Source: Actinoallomurus sp.
GTDB lineage: Bacteria; Actinomycetota; Actinomycetes; Streptosporangiales; Streptosporangiaceae
Direction of reading: 5' to 3'
DNA length: 63,338 bases
NCBI GenBank assembly: GCA_045806665.1
Contig: JBJMIW010000372.1
Location: 1-63,338 of the forward strand
Part shown: in pieces, positions 38,058 through 47,972 of the stretch
Position numbering within the stretch: position 1 is the first letter of the stretch
How the letters are laid out: each line of letters begins with the position of its first letter
Program-made: the position numbers and the translations under genes
Notes under the pieces: model-generated
Seen by the model: only the letters and a program-made list of their open reading frames with translations
Database searches by the model: none
Told to the model about the DNA's origin: nothing

Positions 38058-38711
38058 TCACCGGCTCTTGACGGCGGCGAGCAGGCCGTCCCCGATCGGC
38101 AGCAGGAGCGGGACGAGACGGTCGTCCTCGCGGACCATGCGGCCGAGGTTGCGGATCGCCACGGTGTCCGGGTCACGGTTCGCCGGATCGGCGACGCGGT
38201 CGCTCCACAGGGCGTTGTCGAATGCGACGACGCCGCCGGGCCGCAGCAGCCGGAGCGCCTCGCCGAGATAGTCGGGGTACTCCTGCTTGACCGCGTCGCA
38301 GAACACCATGTCGTACGCGCCGTCGGTCAGCCGCGGCAGCACGTCCAGGGCGCGGCCCGCGATCAGCCGGGCGCGTGAGGTCGGAAAGCCGGCGGCGGCG
38401 TAGGCCTCGCGGGCCAGCCGCTGGTTCTCCGGCTCGACGTCCACGCTGGTGAGCACCCCGTCGGGGCGCATGCCGCGCAGCAGCCAGATGCCGGACACGC
38501 CGCACCCGGAGCCGATCTCCACGACCGTGCGGGCGCTGATGGCGGCGGCGAGGAAGCGCAGGGCCGCGCCGCCCGCCGGGCCGATCGGGATCGCTCCGAC
38601 GTCGATACCGCGCCGCCGGGCCTCGATCAGCGGCTCGTCCTCCGGGAGGTATTGCTCCACGTAGGCCAGAGTGGCCTTCACCGCGTCGATGACTTCCTCC
38701 TTGGGGCGCAT
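38058..38711 (-). CDS. O-methyltransferase
   Basis: VVEIGSGCGVSG, YDMVFCD, LRPGGVVAFDN; divergent from sigE. Confidence 0.92.
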   Translation of the reverse strand: MRPKEEVIDAVKATLAYVEQYLPEDEPLIEARRRGIDVGAIPIGPAGGAALRFLAAAISARTVVEIGSGCGVSGIWLLRGMRPDGVLTSVDVEPENQRLAREAYAAAGFPTSRARLIAGRALDVLPRLTDGAYDMVFCDAVKQEYPDYLGEALRLLRPGGVVAFDNALWSDRVADPANRDPDTVAIRNLGRMVREDDRLVPLLLPIGDGLLAAVKSR

Positions 38712-38742
38712 GAGCCTGCAGGGCAAACACTAGTACGGAGGG

Positions 38743-38768
38743 GGAACTCCGCCGCGTACCGTCACGTT
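38743..38768 (+). promoter_or_regulatory. SigE/SigH-type ECF promoter upstream of sigE
   Basis: GGAAC-N17-CGTT. Confidence 0.7.
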
Positions 38769-38817
38769 CTTCAGAGGGCGTGGCTACCGCTAGGCGGGAA
38801 GGAAGAATCGGGGCAGT

Positions 38818-39444
38818 ATGTCGGTGGCAGAACTCGTACGTGAAAGGGGAGCGCCGGTGCACGACCCCGGCATCGCCTGGACTCCTCCGACGTGGGACGA
38901 GATCGTGCGGGAGCACTCCGCGCGCGTCTACCGACTGGCCTTCCGGCTCACCGGCAACCCCCACGACGCCGAGGACCTCACCCAGGAGGTCTTCGTCCGG
39001 GTCTTCCGCTCCCTGGCCAACTACCAGCCCGGCACGTTCGAGGGCTGGCTGCACCGGATCACCACGAACCTCTTCCTCGACCAGGCGCGGCGGCGCCAGC
39101 GCATCCGGTTCGAGGGGCTGGCCGATGACGCCGCCGAGCGCCTGCACGGACCGGAGCCCACGCCCGCCCAGGCCTACGACGACAAGAAGCTCGACGCCGA
39201 CGTCCAGGCGGCGCTCGACGCGCTGGCGCCCGACTATCGCGCCGCCGTCGTGCTGTGTGACATCGAGGGCCTGTCGTACGAGGAGATCGCCGCGACGCTC
39301 GGCGTGAAGATCGGCACCGTCCGCAGCCGGATCCACCGCGGCCGCGCGCAGCTGCGCGCCGCGCTCGAGCACCGCGGCCCGCGCCGCGCCATCGCCTCGT
39401 CCGGCCCCCTCGGTCTGGAGCCGCCGGCCGAGGAGGCCTCATGA
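38818..39444 (+). CDS. sigE: RNA polymerase sigma factor SigE (mycobacterial-type)
   Basis: [49 protein letters not shown]. Confidence 0.95.
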   Translation: MSVAELVRERGAPVHDPGIAWTPPTWDEIVREHSARVYRLAFRLTGNPHDAEDLTQEVFVRVFRSLANYQPGTFEGWLHRITTNLFLDQARRRQRIRFEGLADDAAERLHGPEPTPAQAYDDKKLDADVQAALDALAPDYRAAVVLCDIEGLSYEEIAATLGVKIGTVRSRIHRGRAQLRAALEHRGPRRAIASSGPLGLEPPAEEAS

Positions 39445-39499
39445 GCGAGCGAAGCGTAAGCACAGCGGCTCTGGTCACTCCTCCGACGAAGGAGGGCGC

Positions 39500-40063
39500 G
39501 TGAGCGGCCACCTGGGAGAGCGGCTGACCGCGCTGGTCGACGGGGAGCTCGGGCACCACGAGCGCGAGAAGGCCCATCGCCACCTCGCCGCCTGCGCGGA
39601 GTGCCGCGCGGAGGCGGAGGCCCTGCGCGGCCTCAAGAAGCGCCTGCGGGCGCTGAACGACACGATGCCCTCCGAGGCCCTCCTGCGCCGTCTGGAGGCC
39701 ATGGCCGAGCCGGGAGACCCCCTCCCGCCGCCCGTCCCCCGGCTGCCCGGCCAGGCCCGGCCCCCGGCCATCGCCCGGCCCGGCGACGTCCGCCCCGCCC
39801 GGGCTCGGCCGTCCGACAACCGTCCCCGTCGCGCGGCCGCCGGACGGCGTCGCATGCCGCGCGGCCGGTACCTCGTCGCCGGTGCGGCGGCGCTGGCGGT
39901 GCTCGGCGTCGGCTCGGCGGCCTTCGCCGCGGGCGCCGACCCGGGCTCGCTGCCCCGCGTCGCGCCGTCCGTCGAACAGTTCGCCGTCGAGCACGCCCTG
40001 ACCTCCGGAGACGTTCCGCTCACCGACCCCCGGCCCGAGGTCACGGCCGGCGATCACCCGTGA
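39500..40063 (+). CDS. Zinc anti-sigma factor (RseA-like) with TM helix
   Basis: HLGERLTALVDGEL..HLAACAEC. Confidence 0.88.
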   Translation: MSGHLGERLTALVDGELGHHEREKAHRHLAACAECRAEAEALRGLKKRLRALNDTMPSEALLRRLEAMAEPGDPLPPPVPRLPGQARPPAIARPGDVRPARARPSDNRPRRAAAGRRRMPRGRYLVAGAAALAVLGVGSAAFAAGADPGSLPRVAPSVEQFAVEHALTSGDVPLTDPRPEVTAGDHP

Positions 40064-41133
40064 GGCACCGGGCCGCGCACAACGCGTGGCTGGTGGGGGG
40101 CATCGCCACCGCGCTGCTGCTGCTGTGGTTCGTGAGCACCGGGGACACCGCGAGCGGCGCACGGCTGCGCTCCGATCCGGAGGCCCTGCGGCTCCTGCGC
40201 GGCGCCGAGGGTGCCGCGCGCGACACCTCGTACGAGGGCGTGCAGTACATCACCTCCTGGAGCCGCAGCGGCCTGTCGACGACGTCGCTCGTCAGCGTCG
40301 CCCACGCGCCCGGGCAGGGCACCCGGATGCGGGTACAGAGCACCACCGCCGAGCAGGGCGGGCCGATGTTCGAGGCCGACGACTCCGAGCAGGCGCGAGG
40401 TGGCCTCACCGGCTACACCCCGAGGATGCTCGACCTTCTCGCGCGAAACTACGCCGTCGTCCGCGCCGGCGAGGGGCAGGTCTGCGGGCGCCCCACCGCC
40501 ATCATCGAGGCCCGCCGCGCCGACGGCACCGCCGCCGGCCGGTTCCACATCGACCGGGCCACCGGCCTCATGCTCCGCCGCGAGCTGCTCGACCAGCAGG
40601 GCCGCGAGGTCAACCTCACGTTCTTCACCGAGATGCGGCCGTCGCCGCCGAAGACGACCTACATGCTGATGTCCGCGCCGCAGACGGTCGAGGCGCCCTG
40701 GGCGCACGAACTCGCCGGAGCAGACCTGGGCGCCCTGCGCTACAGCGGCTGGCCGGTGCAGTCCGCCCTGCCGGGCAATCTCAGCCTGTACGACGCGCGC
40801 CAGCAGGACGGCGACGGCCCGGTGGTGCATCTCAGCTACTCCGACGGGCTCTCGGTCGTCTCGGTGTTCGTCCAGCGCGGCATCCTGGATCCCAGCAGCG
40901 TGCAGCACTGGCACAAGACGATGCGCGGCGGCCGCACCGTGTACCTCCGCGACACCGTCCAGCAGCGCGCCGTGTGGGCCAGCCGCGGCTACGTCTACAC
41001 GATCGTGGCGGACGCGCCGCCTCCGGTGGTGGACAGCGCCGTGGCGGCACTGCCGCACGGTGACACGGGTTTCTGGGGACGCCTGGGCCGCGGGCTGGGC
41101 CGGCTGACCTCATGGGCCAACCCGTTTGACTGA
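40060..41133 (+). CDS. RseB/MucB-like extracytoplasmic protein
   Basis: N-terminal TM; SYEGVQ, LARNY, IDRATGLMLRRE, HLSYSDGLSVVSVFVQ; GTGA-coupled to anti-sigma. Confidence 0.75.
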   Translation: MRHRAAHNAWLVGGIATALLLLWFVSTGDTASGARLRSDPEALRLLRGAEGAARDTSYEGVQYITSWSRSGLSTTSLVSVAHAPGQGTRMRVQSTTAEQGGPMFEADDSEQARGGLTGYTPRMLDLLARNYAVVRAGEGQVCGRPTAIIEARRADGTAAGRFHIDRATGLMLRRELLDQQGREVNLTFFTEMRPSPPKTTYMLMSAPQTVEAPWAHELAGADLGALRYSGWPVQSALPGNLSLYDARQQDGDGPVVHLSYSDGLSVVSVFVQRGILDPSSVQHWHKTMRGGRTVYLRDTVQQRAVWASRGYVYTIVADAPPPVVDSAVAALPHGDTGFWGRLGRGLGRLTSWANPFD

Positions 41134-41303
41134 TCAGTGAAGATCGCGTTGTCTAGGGCGTTCAGGTGGATATGGCCACGGGTCGGGTAACGCCGTGACA
41201 CGAGTGGTTTGGTGTTCAGGGTCGCTTATGCTCGCCACATGCCCTGCCCGGCACTGTGGAGCGCTGAAACGAAGTCCATGCGCGGGACGCAAGGAGCTTG
41301 TTG

Positions 41304-42860
41304 ATGACGGATGACAGCCGCGCGCCCGGGGGGCCGACGTCGGATGACGGGCGTGTGCGCGGGCCGCACGCCGGAGACCAGGACGCCGCCCCGAGCCTGA
41401 CGGACAAGCTGCTGGTCTCCGGCCCGCCCCAGTACGAAGGCATGGCGCCGCCGGACCCGAGAGCGGCCTCGCCGTACGGCGGAGGGTCCCCGGCCGCGGA
41501 CCACTACGGGTCGATGGGCGTGCCCGGCCAGGGCGTCCCGATGGGCCCGTCCGGACAGCCTGGACCAGGACACCCTGGTCAGGGCGGCCCGGTCGGTCAG
41601 CCAGGTGAGCCCCGGCCGATCTTCGCGCCGCACCAGCAGCCACACCCGTCCCCGACCCCGTACGCCTGGGGAACGCCCGCGGGCGGAGGCCCCGGCGGCA
41701 CGGGCCCCAACTGGGCGCCCCTGCCCTCCTCCCGGCCGAACGACCGGTCCGGGCCGGTCATGGGGGTCTTCGTCGCCGTCGCGGTGATGGTCGCGCTCAT
41801 CGCCGGCGCCCTGGGCGCGGGCATCGGCGTGGTCGCCACCCGGAACAGCGGCCCCAGGTCGGTGGACCTGGGCGGCGGCGCGACGTCCACCGGCGCCAAG
41901 AACCGCGATCCGGGCTCGGTCGCCGGGATCGCCCGCCGCCTCGTGCCCAGCGTCGTAATGATCAAGGTGACGAACGGCACCGAGGGCGGCGCGGGCACCG
42001 GCTTCATCGTCAACGGTGGCTACATCGTCACCAACAACCACGTGGTCGCCCCCGCCGCCCAGGGCGGCACGATGCAGGTGGTCTTCAACGATTCCAGGAC
42101 CACGTCCGCGACGATCGTCGGCCGCGACCCCAACTCCGACATCGCGGTGATCAAGCCCGCCGCCCTGGAGAACCGCCCGGCGCTCGTCCTCGGCGACTCC
42201 GACGGGCTCGCCGTCGGCGACCCGGTCATCGCGATCGGCTCGCCGCTCGGCCTGGCGGGCACGGTCACGACCGGCATCGTCAGCGCGCTGAACCGGCCGG
42301 TCACCACGAGTGGTGAGGGCGGGGAGTCCGCCTACATCAGCGCCGTGCAGACCGACGCGGCGATCAACCCGGGCAACTCCGGCGGCCCGCTGGTCGACTC
42401 GCAGGGCCGCGTGATCGGGGTGAACTCCGCGATCGCCACCCTGGGCGGCCAGGCCCTCGGCGGCAACGGGCAGCAGAGCGGCAGCATCGGCCTGGGGTTC
42501 GCGATCCCGAGCAACCAGGTCAAGCGGGTCGCCGAGCAGCTGATCAAGGGCGGCAAGGTCGTCCACCCGATCATCGGCGCCTGCATGGACATGTCCTACC
42601 AGGGCAGCGGCGCGCGGATCGCGACGAGCGGTTCGACCACGCAGTGCAAGGGCGGCTCGATCACCCCGGGCGGCCCGGCGGAGAAGGCCGGGCTGAAGCC
42701 GGGTGACGTCATCACGTCCTTCGGCGGCAAGCCGATCGGCGGCGCCGACGAGCTGATCGTCGCCATCCGCAGCAAGTCGCCCGGCGACACGGTGCAGATC
42801 GCCTACACCCGTGCCGGACAGAGCAGGACCGTGCCCCTGACGCTGGCGGCCGGAAACTGA
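41304..42860 (+). CDS. htrA: HtrA-family serine protease
   Basis: TM; TNNHVV, SDIAV, QTDAAINPGNSGG; PDZ domain. Confidence 0.94.
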   Translation: MTDDSRAPGGPTSDDGRVRGPHAGDQDAAPSLTDKLLVSGPPQYEGMAPPDPRAASPYGGGSPAADHYGSMGVPGQGVPMGPSGQPGPGHPGQGGPVGQPGEPRPIFAPHQQPHPSPTPYAWGTPAGGGPGGTGPNWAPLPSSRPNDRSGPVMGVFVAVAVMVALIAGALGAGIGVVATRNSGPRSVDLGGGATSTGAKNRDPGSVAGIARRLVPSVVMIKVTNGTEGGAGTGFIVNGGYIVTNNHVVAPAAQGGTMQVVFNDSRTTSATIVGRDPNSDIAVIKPAALENRPALVLGDSDGLAVGDPVIAIGSPLGLAGTVTTGIVSALNRPVTTSGEGGESAYISAVQTDAAINPGNSGGPLVDSQGRVIGVNSAIATLGGQALGGNGQQSGSIGLGFAIPSNQVKRVAEQLIKGGKVVHPIIGACMDMSYQGSGARIATSGSTTQCKGGSITPGGPAEKAGLKPGDVITSFGGKPIGGADELIVAIRSKSPGDTVQIAYTRAGQSRTVPLTLAAGN

Positions 42861-42954
42861 CCCGGCTTCCGGGTGGGGAGACCGCGGATCCCGGCGCGGT
42901 TAAGCTGGGATCAGCGGCTCCCCGCACGAGTCGCGGCCACCATGTGGAGGACGG

Positions 42955-43281
42955 GTGTTCGACGTAGGGTTCGGTGAGGCCGCGGTCCTCGTGGTGCTGG
43001 CCATCGTCATCTTCGGGCCGGACCAGCTCCCGAAGGTCGCGGCCCAGGCGGGTCGCGCCCTGCGGCAGTTGCGCACGATGGCCAACAGCGCCAAGCAGGA
43101 CCTCCGGGACGGGCTGGGCCCGGACTTCGCCGACTTCGACGTCGCCGATCTCAACCCCCGGCGGTTCGTGACCAAGCACCTGCTGGACGACCTCGACGAC
43201 CTCGACGTACGGGAGCCGGAGCGGGACGAGCCGCTCCTGCCGTACGGCGAGCGCCCGCCGTACGACCCCGAGGCCACCTGA
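42955..43281 (+). CDS. tatB: Sec-independent translocase TatB
   Basis: MFDVGFGE..FGPDQLP..PPYDPEAT. Confidence 0.92.
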   Translation: MFDVGFGEAAVLVVLAIVIFGPDQLPKVAAQAGRALRQLRTMANSAKQDLRDGLGPDFADFDVADLNPRRFVTKHLLDDLDDLDVREPERDEPLLPYGERPPYDPEAT

Positions 43282-43291
43282 GCCTGAGTGG

Positions 43292-44158
43292 TCACCGGGT
43301 CGTTCCGGGCGCCCGGAACACCCGGACCCAGTCCACCTCCATGGTCACCCGCTGCGGCGTGCTCACCAGGCGGCGGAAGCCGTCCGCCGTCTCGTTCCGC
43401 AGGTTCAGGTGCATGTCCGCGCGCTGCGGCACGTACGGCCCCTGGTAGTTCCACACGGCCTTCCCGTCCACCCAGAACGTCAGCCGGGAGGGCAGCCAGT
43501 CCACGGCCACGGTGTGCCACCGGGTGAAGTCCACGTGGGCGATCTTCATCAGCTGCCGGTCGTCCGGGCCGTGGTGGATGAAGAGCCCGCCCGTACGCCG
43601 CGTCCCGTCGATGATCTCGGCGAAGTCGATCTCGGCGTATTCGGGCGCCCCGAGGTGGGTCGGCCACAGGAAGGCGGTCGCCGAGTACCCGCTGCCACGG
43701 TCGGCCCGCAGGCGCGCCTCCCAGCGGCCGTACGTCTGGGCGACGCGGGACACGACGCCCGCGGACTGGTCCTTCCCGCCGTAGAGCCCGCCGACGAGCC
43801 GCAGGCGCCCGCCCCTGACGTGAATTCCGGCGGGCGAGCCCGGATGGGACACGGCGTTGGGCGCGTCGTACATTTGCCACTTGTGCGGGTCCAGCCGGTC
43901 GCCGCCGAAGTCGTCGTACAGCACGGGACGGCCCCACCGGCCGTACGCGCGGGTCGGACCGTCACCGCGCGGCGGCGTCGTCCGGAACCCGTCGGACGAG
44001 ACCGGCGTCGGCGTGGCGGAGGCCGTCCCGTCGCGGGCCGCGGGGCTGGACGGCAGGGCCGTGGGCGGTGCGGCGGTGTGCGTGCGCCCGCCGGACGAGC
44101 ATCCGGCGACCGCGGCCGCTAAGAGCAGGACGGCCGTACGGGCGTGACGATGTGCCAT
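43292..44158 (-). CDS. GH16 glycoside hydrolase lipoprotein
   Basis: Lipobox VAGC; YGRWEAR, EIDFAE catalytic motif, MEVDWVRV. Confidence 0.85.
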   Translation of the reverse strand: MAHRHARTAVLLLAAAVAGCSSGGRTHTAAPPTALPSSPAARDGTASATPTPVSSDGFRTTPPRGDGPTRAYGRWGRPVLYDDFGGDRLDPHKWQMYDAPNAVSHPGSPAGIHVRGGRLRLVGGLYGGKDQSAGVVSRVAQTYGRWEARLRADRGSGYSATAFLWPTHLGAPEYAEIDFAEIIDGTRRTGGLFIHHGPDDRQLMKIAHVDFTRWHTVAVDWLPSRLTFWVDGKAVWNYQGPYVPQRADMHLNLRNETADGFRRLVSTPQRVTMEVDWVRVFRAPGTTR

Positions 44159-44216
44159 GACGACACGAAATCACGCCCGGACGGCCGGTCGAGCGATGAC
44201 GCGGACTAAGAATCGG

Positions 44217-45353
44217 TCAGGCGCGGTTCGGGCTCAGCCCAAGCTGACGGCCGCGCAGGCTCTTCGCCCGGCCCGAGAGCCTGTCGGCGATGGCCCTGAG
44301 CTCCTTGGCCGCCGGGGCGTCCGGGTCCTCCAGCACGATGGGCGTGCCGGCGTCGCCGCCCTCGCGCAGGCGGACGTCGATCGGGACCTGGCCGAGCAGC
44401 GGCACGGACGCGCCGAGCGTCCGGGTCAGCGCGTCGGCCACCCTCTGCCCGCCGCCGGAGCCGAACACGTCGACCGGCTCGCCGCAGTGCGGGCAGGGCA
44501 GGTACGACATGTTCTCGATCACACCGGCGACCGTCTGGTGGGTCTGCGCGGAGATCGCCCCCGCCCGCTCGGCGACCTCGGCGGCGGCCTGCTGCGGCGT
44601 GGTCACGACGAGGATCTCCGCCGAGGGCAGCAGCTGGGCCACCGAGATGGCGATGTCACCGGTGCCGGGCGGCAGGTCCATGAGCAGGACGTCGAGGTCG
44701 CCCCAGTAGACGTCGGCGAGGAACTGCTGCAGCGCGCGGTGCAGCATCGGGCCGCGCCAGACGACCGGCGCGTTCCCCTCGGTGAACATGCCGATCGAGA
44801 TGACCTTCACGCCGTGGGAGTTCGGCGGCATGATCATCTGCTCGACCTGGGTCGGCCGGCCGGTCACTCCGAGCATGCGGGGGACGGAGTGCCCGTAGAT
44901 GTCGGCGTCGACGACGCCGACCTTCCGGCCCTGGGCGGCCATCGCCGCCGCGAGGTTGACCGTCACGGAGGACTTGCCGACGCCGCCCTTGCCGCTCGCC
45001 ACGGCGTAGACGCGGGTCAGGGAGTTGGGCTTGGCGAAGGGGATCTCCTTCGGAGCCTGCCCGCCGCGCAGTTTCGTCTGAAGGTCGGCGCGTTGCTGCT
45101 CGCTCATCACGTCGAGGTCGACCCGTACGCCGGTGACGCCGGGGACCTTGGAGACGGCGGCGGTGACGTCGCGGGTGATCGTGTCACGGAGCGGGCAGCC
45201 GGCGACCGTGAGGTACACGCCGACCGTCACGTTGCCGTCGGCGGCCACGTCGACGCCCTTGATCATGTCGAGCTCGGTGATGGGTCGGCGGATCTCCGGG
45301 TCGTTCACCGTCGCGAGCGCCGCGGTCACCTGCTCGATCGTGAGGGAGGCCAT
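44217..45353 (-). CDS. mrp: Mrp/NBP35 Fe-S carrier ATPase
   Basis: SGKGGVGKSS, DADIYG, WRGPM, DLPPGTGD, CPHC. Confidence 0.95.
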   Translation of the reverse strand: MASLTIEQVTAALATVNDPEIRRPITELDMIKGVDVAADGNVTVGVYLTVAGCPLRDTITRDVTAAVSKVPGVTGVRVDLDVMSEQQRADLQTKLRGGQAPKEIPFAKPNSLTRVYAVASGKGGVGKSSVTVNLAAAMAAQGRKVGVVDADIYGHSVPRMLGVTGRPTQVEQMIMPPNSHGVKVISIGMFTEGNAPVVWRGPMLHRALQQFLADVYWGDLDVLLMDLPPGTGDIAISVAQLLPSAEILVVTTPQQAAAEVAERAGAISAQTHQTVAGVIENMSYLPCPHCGEPVDVFGSGGGQRVADALTRTLGASVPLLGQVPIDVRLREGGDAGTPIVLEDPDAPAAKELRAIADRLSGRAKSLRGRQLGLSPNRA

Positions 45354-45372
45354 ACGTCCATGTTATTGGCGG

Positions 45373-45942
45373 TCAACCACGGGACGAACCCAGCTCGCCG
45401 GGACCGGAGGATCGGTGATCGCGCCAGTCCGGCTCGGAGCGGCGCCATTCCAGATCCTTGAGCACGTGCTGCAACTCGTCGCGGATCCAGTCACGGGTGG
45501 CGACCTCGTTCATCGCCATGCGCAGGCTGGCGATCTCCCGGGTGAGGTACTCGGTGTCGGAGACGCTCCGCTCGTTGCGGGCACGGTCCTGCTCGTACTG
45601 CACGCGGTCGCGGTCGTCCTGCCGGTTCTGGGCCAGCAGGATCAGCGGCGCGGCGTACGACGCCTGCAGCGACAGGATCAGGGTCAGGAAGATGAACGGG
45701 TACGGATCCCACCGCAGCCAGTGCGGGGCCAGCACGTTCCAGGCGAGCCAGACGGTGATGAACGCCGTCATGTAGACGAGGAACCGCGCCGTGCCGAGGA
45801 ATCGCGCGATCCGCTCGGAGAACTGGCCGAACGCCTCCGGGTCGTAGTACAGCCGTGGCGAGATCGTGCGGCGGTGCTCCCGGGGCTGATCGAGCCGCCC
45901 GAACCGCCGTTCCTCCCGCGTCCTGCCGAGGGCAGTGCTCAT
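45373..45942 (-). CDS. DUF1003 membrane protein
   Basis: DPYPFIFLTLILSLQASYAAPLILLAQNRQ. Confidence 0.92.
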   Translation of the reverse strand: MSTALGRTREERRFGRLDQPREHRRTISPRLYYDPEAFGQFSERIARFLGTARFLVYMTAFITVWLAWNVLAPHWLRWDPYPFIFLTLILSLQASYAAPLILLAQNRQDDRDRVQYEQDRARNERSVSDTEYLTREIASLRMAMNEVATRDWIRDELQHVLKDLEWRRSEPDWRDHRSSGPGELGSSRG

Positions 45943-47312
45943 CGTCCGCCCACCGCCCCTCGCTCGTCACGGCCGGTCCCGCGCTCCGTCTCGGCGCCGC
46001 GCAGGGCCTCCTCCTCTTCGTCCGTGTCGTCCGCGGGGGAGTCCATGACGCTCTCCCGCCAGTCGTCGGGCAGCAGATGGTCGAGGACGTCGTCGACCGT
46101 CACCGTGCCGAGCAGGCGGCCGTCCTCGTCCACGATCGGGACCGAGACGAGGTTGTAGGTCGCGAGATAGCTCGCCACCGCCTCCAGCGACCGGGTGGGC
46201 CGGAGCGGGTCGAGTTCGGTGTCGCAGATGGCGCTCACGAGGCTCGCCGGCGGCTCCCGCAGCAGCCGCTGGAAGTGCACCGTGCCGAGGTAGCGGCCGG
46301 TGGGCGTCGCCGTCGGCGGCCGGCACACGTACACCTGGGCGGCCAGCGCCGGGTTCAGGTCGGGGTTGCGGATCAGGGCGAGGGCCTCGGCGACCGTGGC
46401 GTCGGGGGAGACGATCACCGGCTCGGTCGTCATCATGCCGCCCGCGCTGTTGTCGGCGTAGGTGAGCAGGCGGCGTACGGGCGCGGCCTCCTCGGGCTGC
46501 ATCAGGGCGAGCAGCTGTTCACGCTGCTCCGTCGGCAGTTCGCCCAGCAGGTCGGCGGCGTCGTCCGGGCCCATCTCCTCGAGTACGTCGGCGGCCCGGT
46601 CGACGTCCAGTTCACCGAGGATCTCGATCTGGTCGTCCTCGGGGAGTTCCTCCAGCACGTCGGCGAGACGACGGTCGTCGAGCGCCCGGGCGACCTCCGC
46701 GCGACGCTTGGCCGACAGCTCGTGCACGACGTTCGCCAGGTCGGGCGCGCGCATCTGCTCGAACGCCGCGATGAGATTCGCCGCGCCCTGCTTCTCCTCC
46801 ACCATGGTGAGGCCGCTGATGGCGTCCCAGTCGACGACGAGCGTCTCGCCACGGCGTCGCCGCAGGCTCAGCCGCCCGGCGGAGCCGCGCCCGTTCGGGG
46901 AGCCGAGACGCCGCACGGCCACCTTGGTGATCAGCCAGTCGCGCGTCCGGGTCTGCTCCATGCCGAGATCCAGGACGATCGCCTTGTCGGCGGTGCCCTT
47001 GACCTCGACCGTCCGGTCGAGGATCTCGCCCAGCGCGAGGGTCTCGGACTCGCGTTTCTCGAACCGGCGCATGTTGATCCGCCCATCGAAGATGACCGCT
47101 CCGGCGTCGATGTTGGTCACCCGGGTGATCGGCAGGAAGACGAGGCGATGCGGCGGGACCTCCACCACCAGGCCCAGCACCCGCGGCGGGCGCGGTGGCG
47201 GGCGCAGCGCGAGGACGACGTCGCGCACCCGGCCGATCTGGTCTCCGGCGGGGTCGAACACGGCGATCCCCGCCAAGCGCGCGACGAACACCCGCGACGG
47301 CGTTCCGGTCAT
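45939..47312 (-). CDS. MgtE N-terminal/CBS domain protein
   Basis: PRC-like N-terminus, DDAADLL repeats, SAGGMMT, VTVDDVLDHLLP. Confidence 0.92.
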   Translation of the reverse strand: MTGTPSRVFVARLAGIAVFDPAGDQIGRVRDVVLALRPPPRPPRVLGLVVEVPPHRLVFLPITRVTNIDAGAVIFDGRINMRRFEKRESETLALGEILDRTVEVKGTADKAIVLDLGMEQTRTRDWLITKVAVRRLGSPNGRGSAGRLSLRRRRGETLVVDWDAISGLTMVEEKQGAANLIAAFEQMRAPDLANVVHELSAKRRAEVARALDDRRLADVLEELPEDDQIEILGELDVDRAADVLEEMGPDDAADLLGELPTEQREQLLALMQPEEAAPVRRLLTYADNSAGGMMTTEPVIVSPDATVAEALALIRNPDLNPALAAQVYVCRPPTATPTGRYLGTVHFQRLLREPPASLVSAICDTELDPLRPTRSLEAVASYLATYNLVSVPIVDEDGRLLGTVTVDDVLDHLLPDDWRESVMDSPADDTDEEEEALRGAETERGTGRDERGAVGGR

Positions 47313-47423
47313 AGCTCGAAGGCTATCGATACGCGTCCTGTTTCCAGGTAAAGGGCGATCTATTCCCCGGGAGCCGGGAGATGACACGGGTCCGTACGGT
47401 GCCGGCGGCGCGGCCGGCCCGCG

Positions 47424-47936
47424 CTACCGGTCGGGGCGGCGGCGCCGCCCGCCAACCATGAACGGCGGCTTGCCGACGGAGGTCGCGGGGCTGGGCACCG
47501 GCCGTACGGCGGCGTAGTCGGCGGGCATCTCCCCGGGCGCCTCGGTGACCTCGCCGGTCGGCGTCAGCCGCATGACGAACGCCTCCTGGGCCCAGCGCCG
47601 GGTCTGCTGCTCGCCGTCGCGGGCGTTCAGGCGCTCCTTGGCCAGCAGCGGGACCACCGTCGCCCACTCCTCCGAGTCCGGCTTGACCTCGCTCACCGCG
47701 GCGACCCAGGAGACGATGCGGCCGCCCTTGTCCTTGCTGCGGACGGTCACGGTGACGCGCTCGGCCTCCGGCAGGCCCGGCAGCGGCTGCTCGGAGGGGC
47801 CCGTCACGACGTACGCCGCTCCCTCGTGCCAGAGGTGCCAGGCGGCGCGCGGCTGGGCGAGGCCGGGCAGGGCCAGCCAGATCAGCCCCGACCGCCTGGT
47901 GGCCTCTTCGACGAGCGCGGTGGTGAGATCGCTCAT
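47424..47936 (-). CDS. Conserved hypothetical protein
   Basis: ALVEEATRRSGLIW..WHLWH..EQPLP..RSKDKGGR; syntenic with mgtE/citE. Confidence 0.8.
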   Translation of the reverse strand: MSDLTTALVEEATRRSGLIWLALPGLAQPRAAWHLWHEGAAYVVTGPSEQPLPGLPEAERVTVTVRSKDKGGRIVSWVAAVSEVKPDSEEWATVVPLLAKERLNARDGEQQTRRWAQEAFVMRLTPTGEVTEAPGEMPADYAAVRPVPSPATSVGKPPFMVGGRRRRPDR

Positions 47937-47972
47937 ACGCCGCAGCATCTCACGAGGACTACGATCCGCTGC

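Noticed and set aside
39601-40059. Long N-terminal extension of the RseB-like ORF
   Set aside because: Overlaps the anti-sigma gene in another frame; the GTGA-coupled start at 40060 is followed by a TM segment
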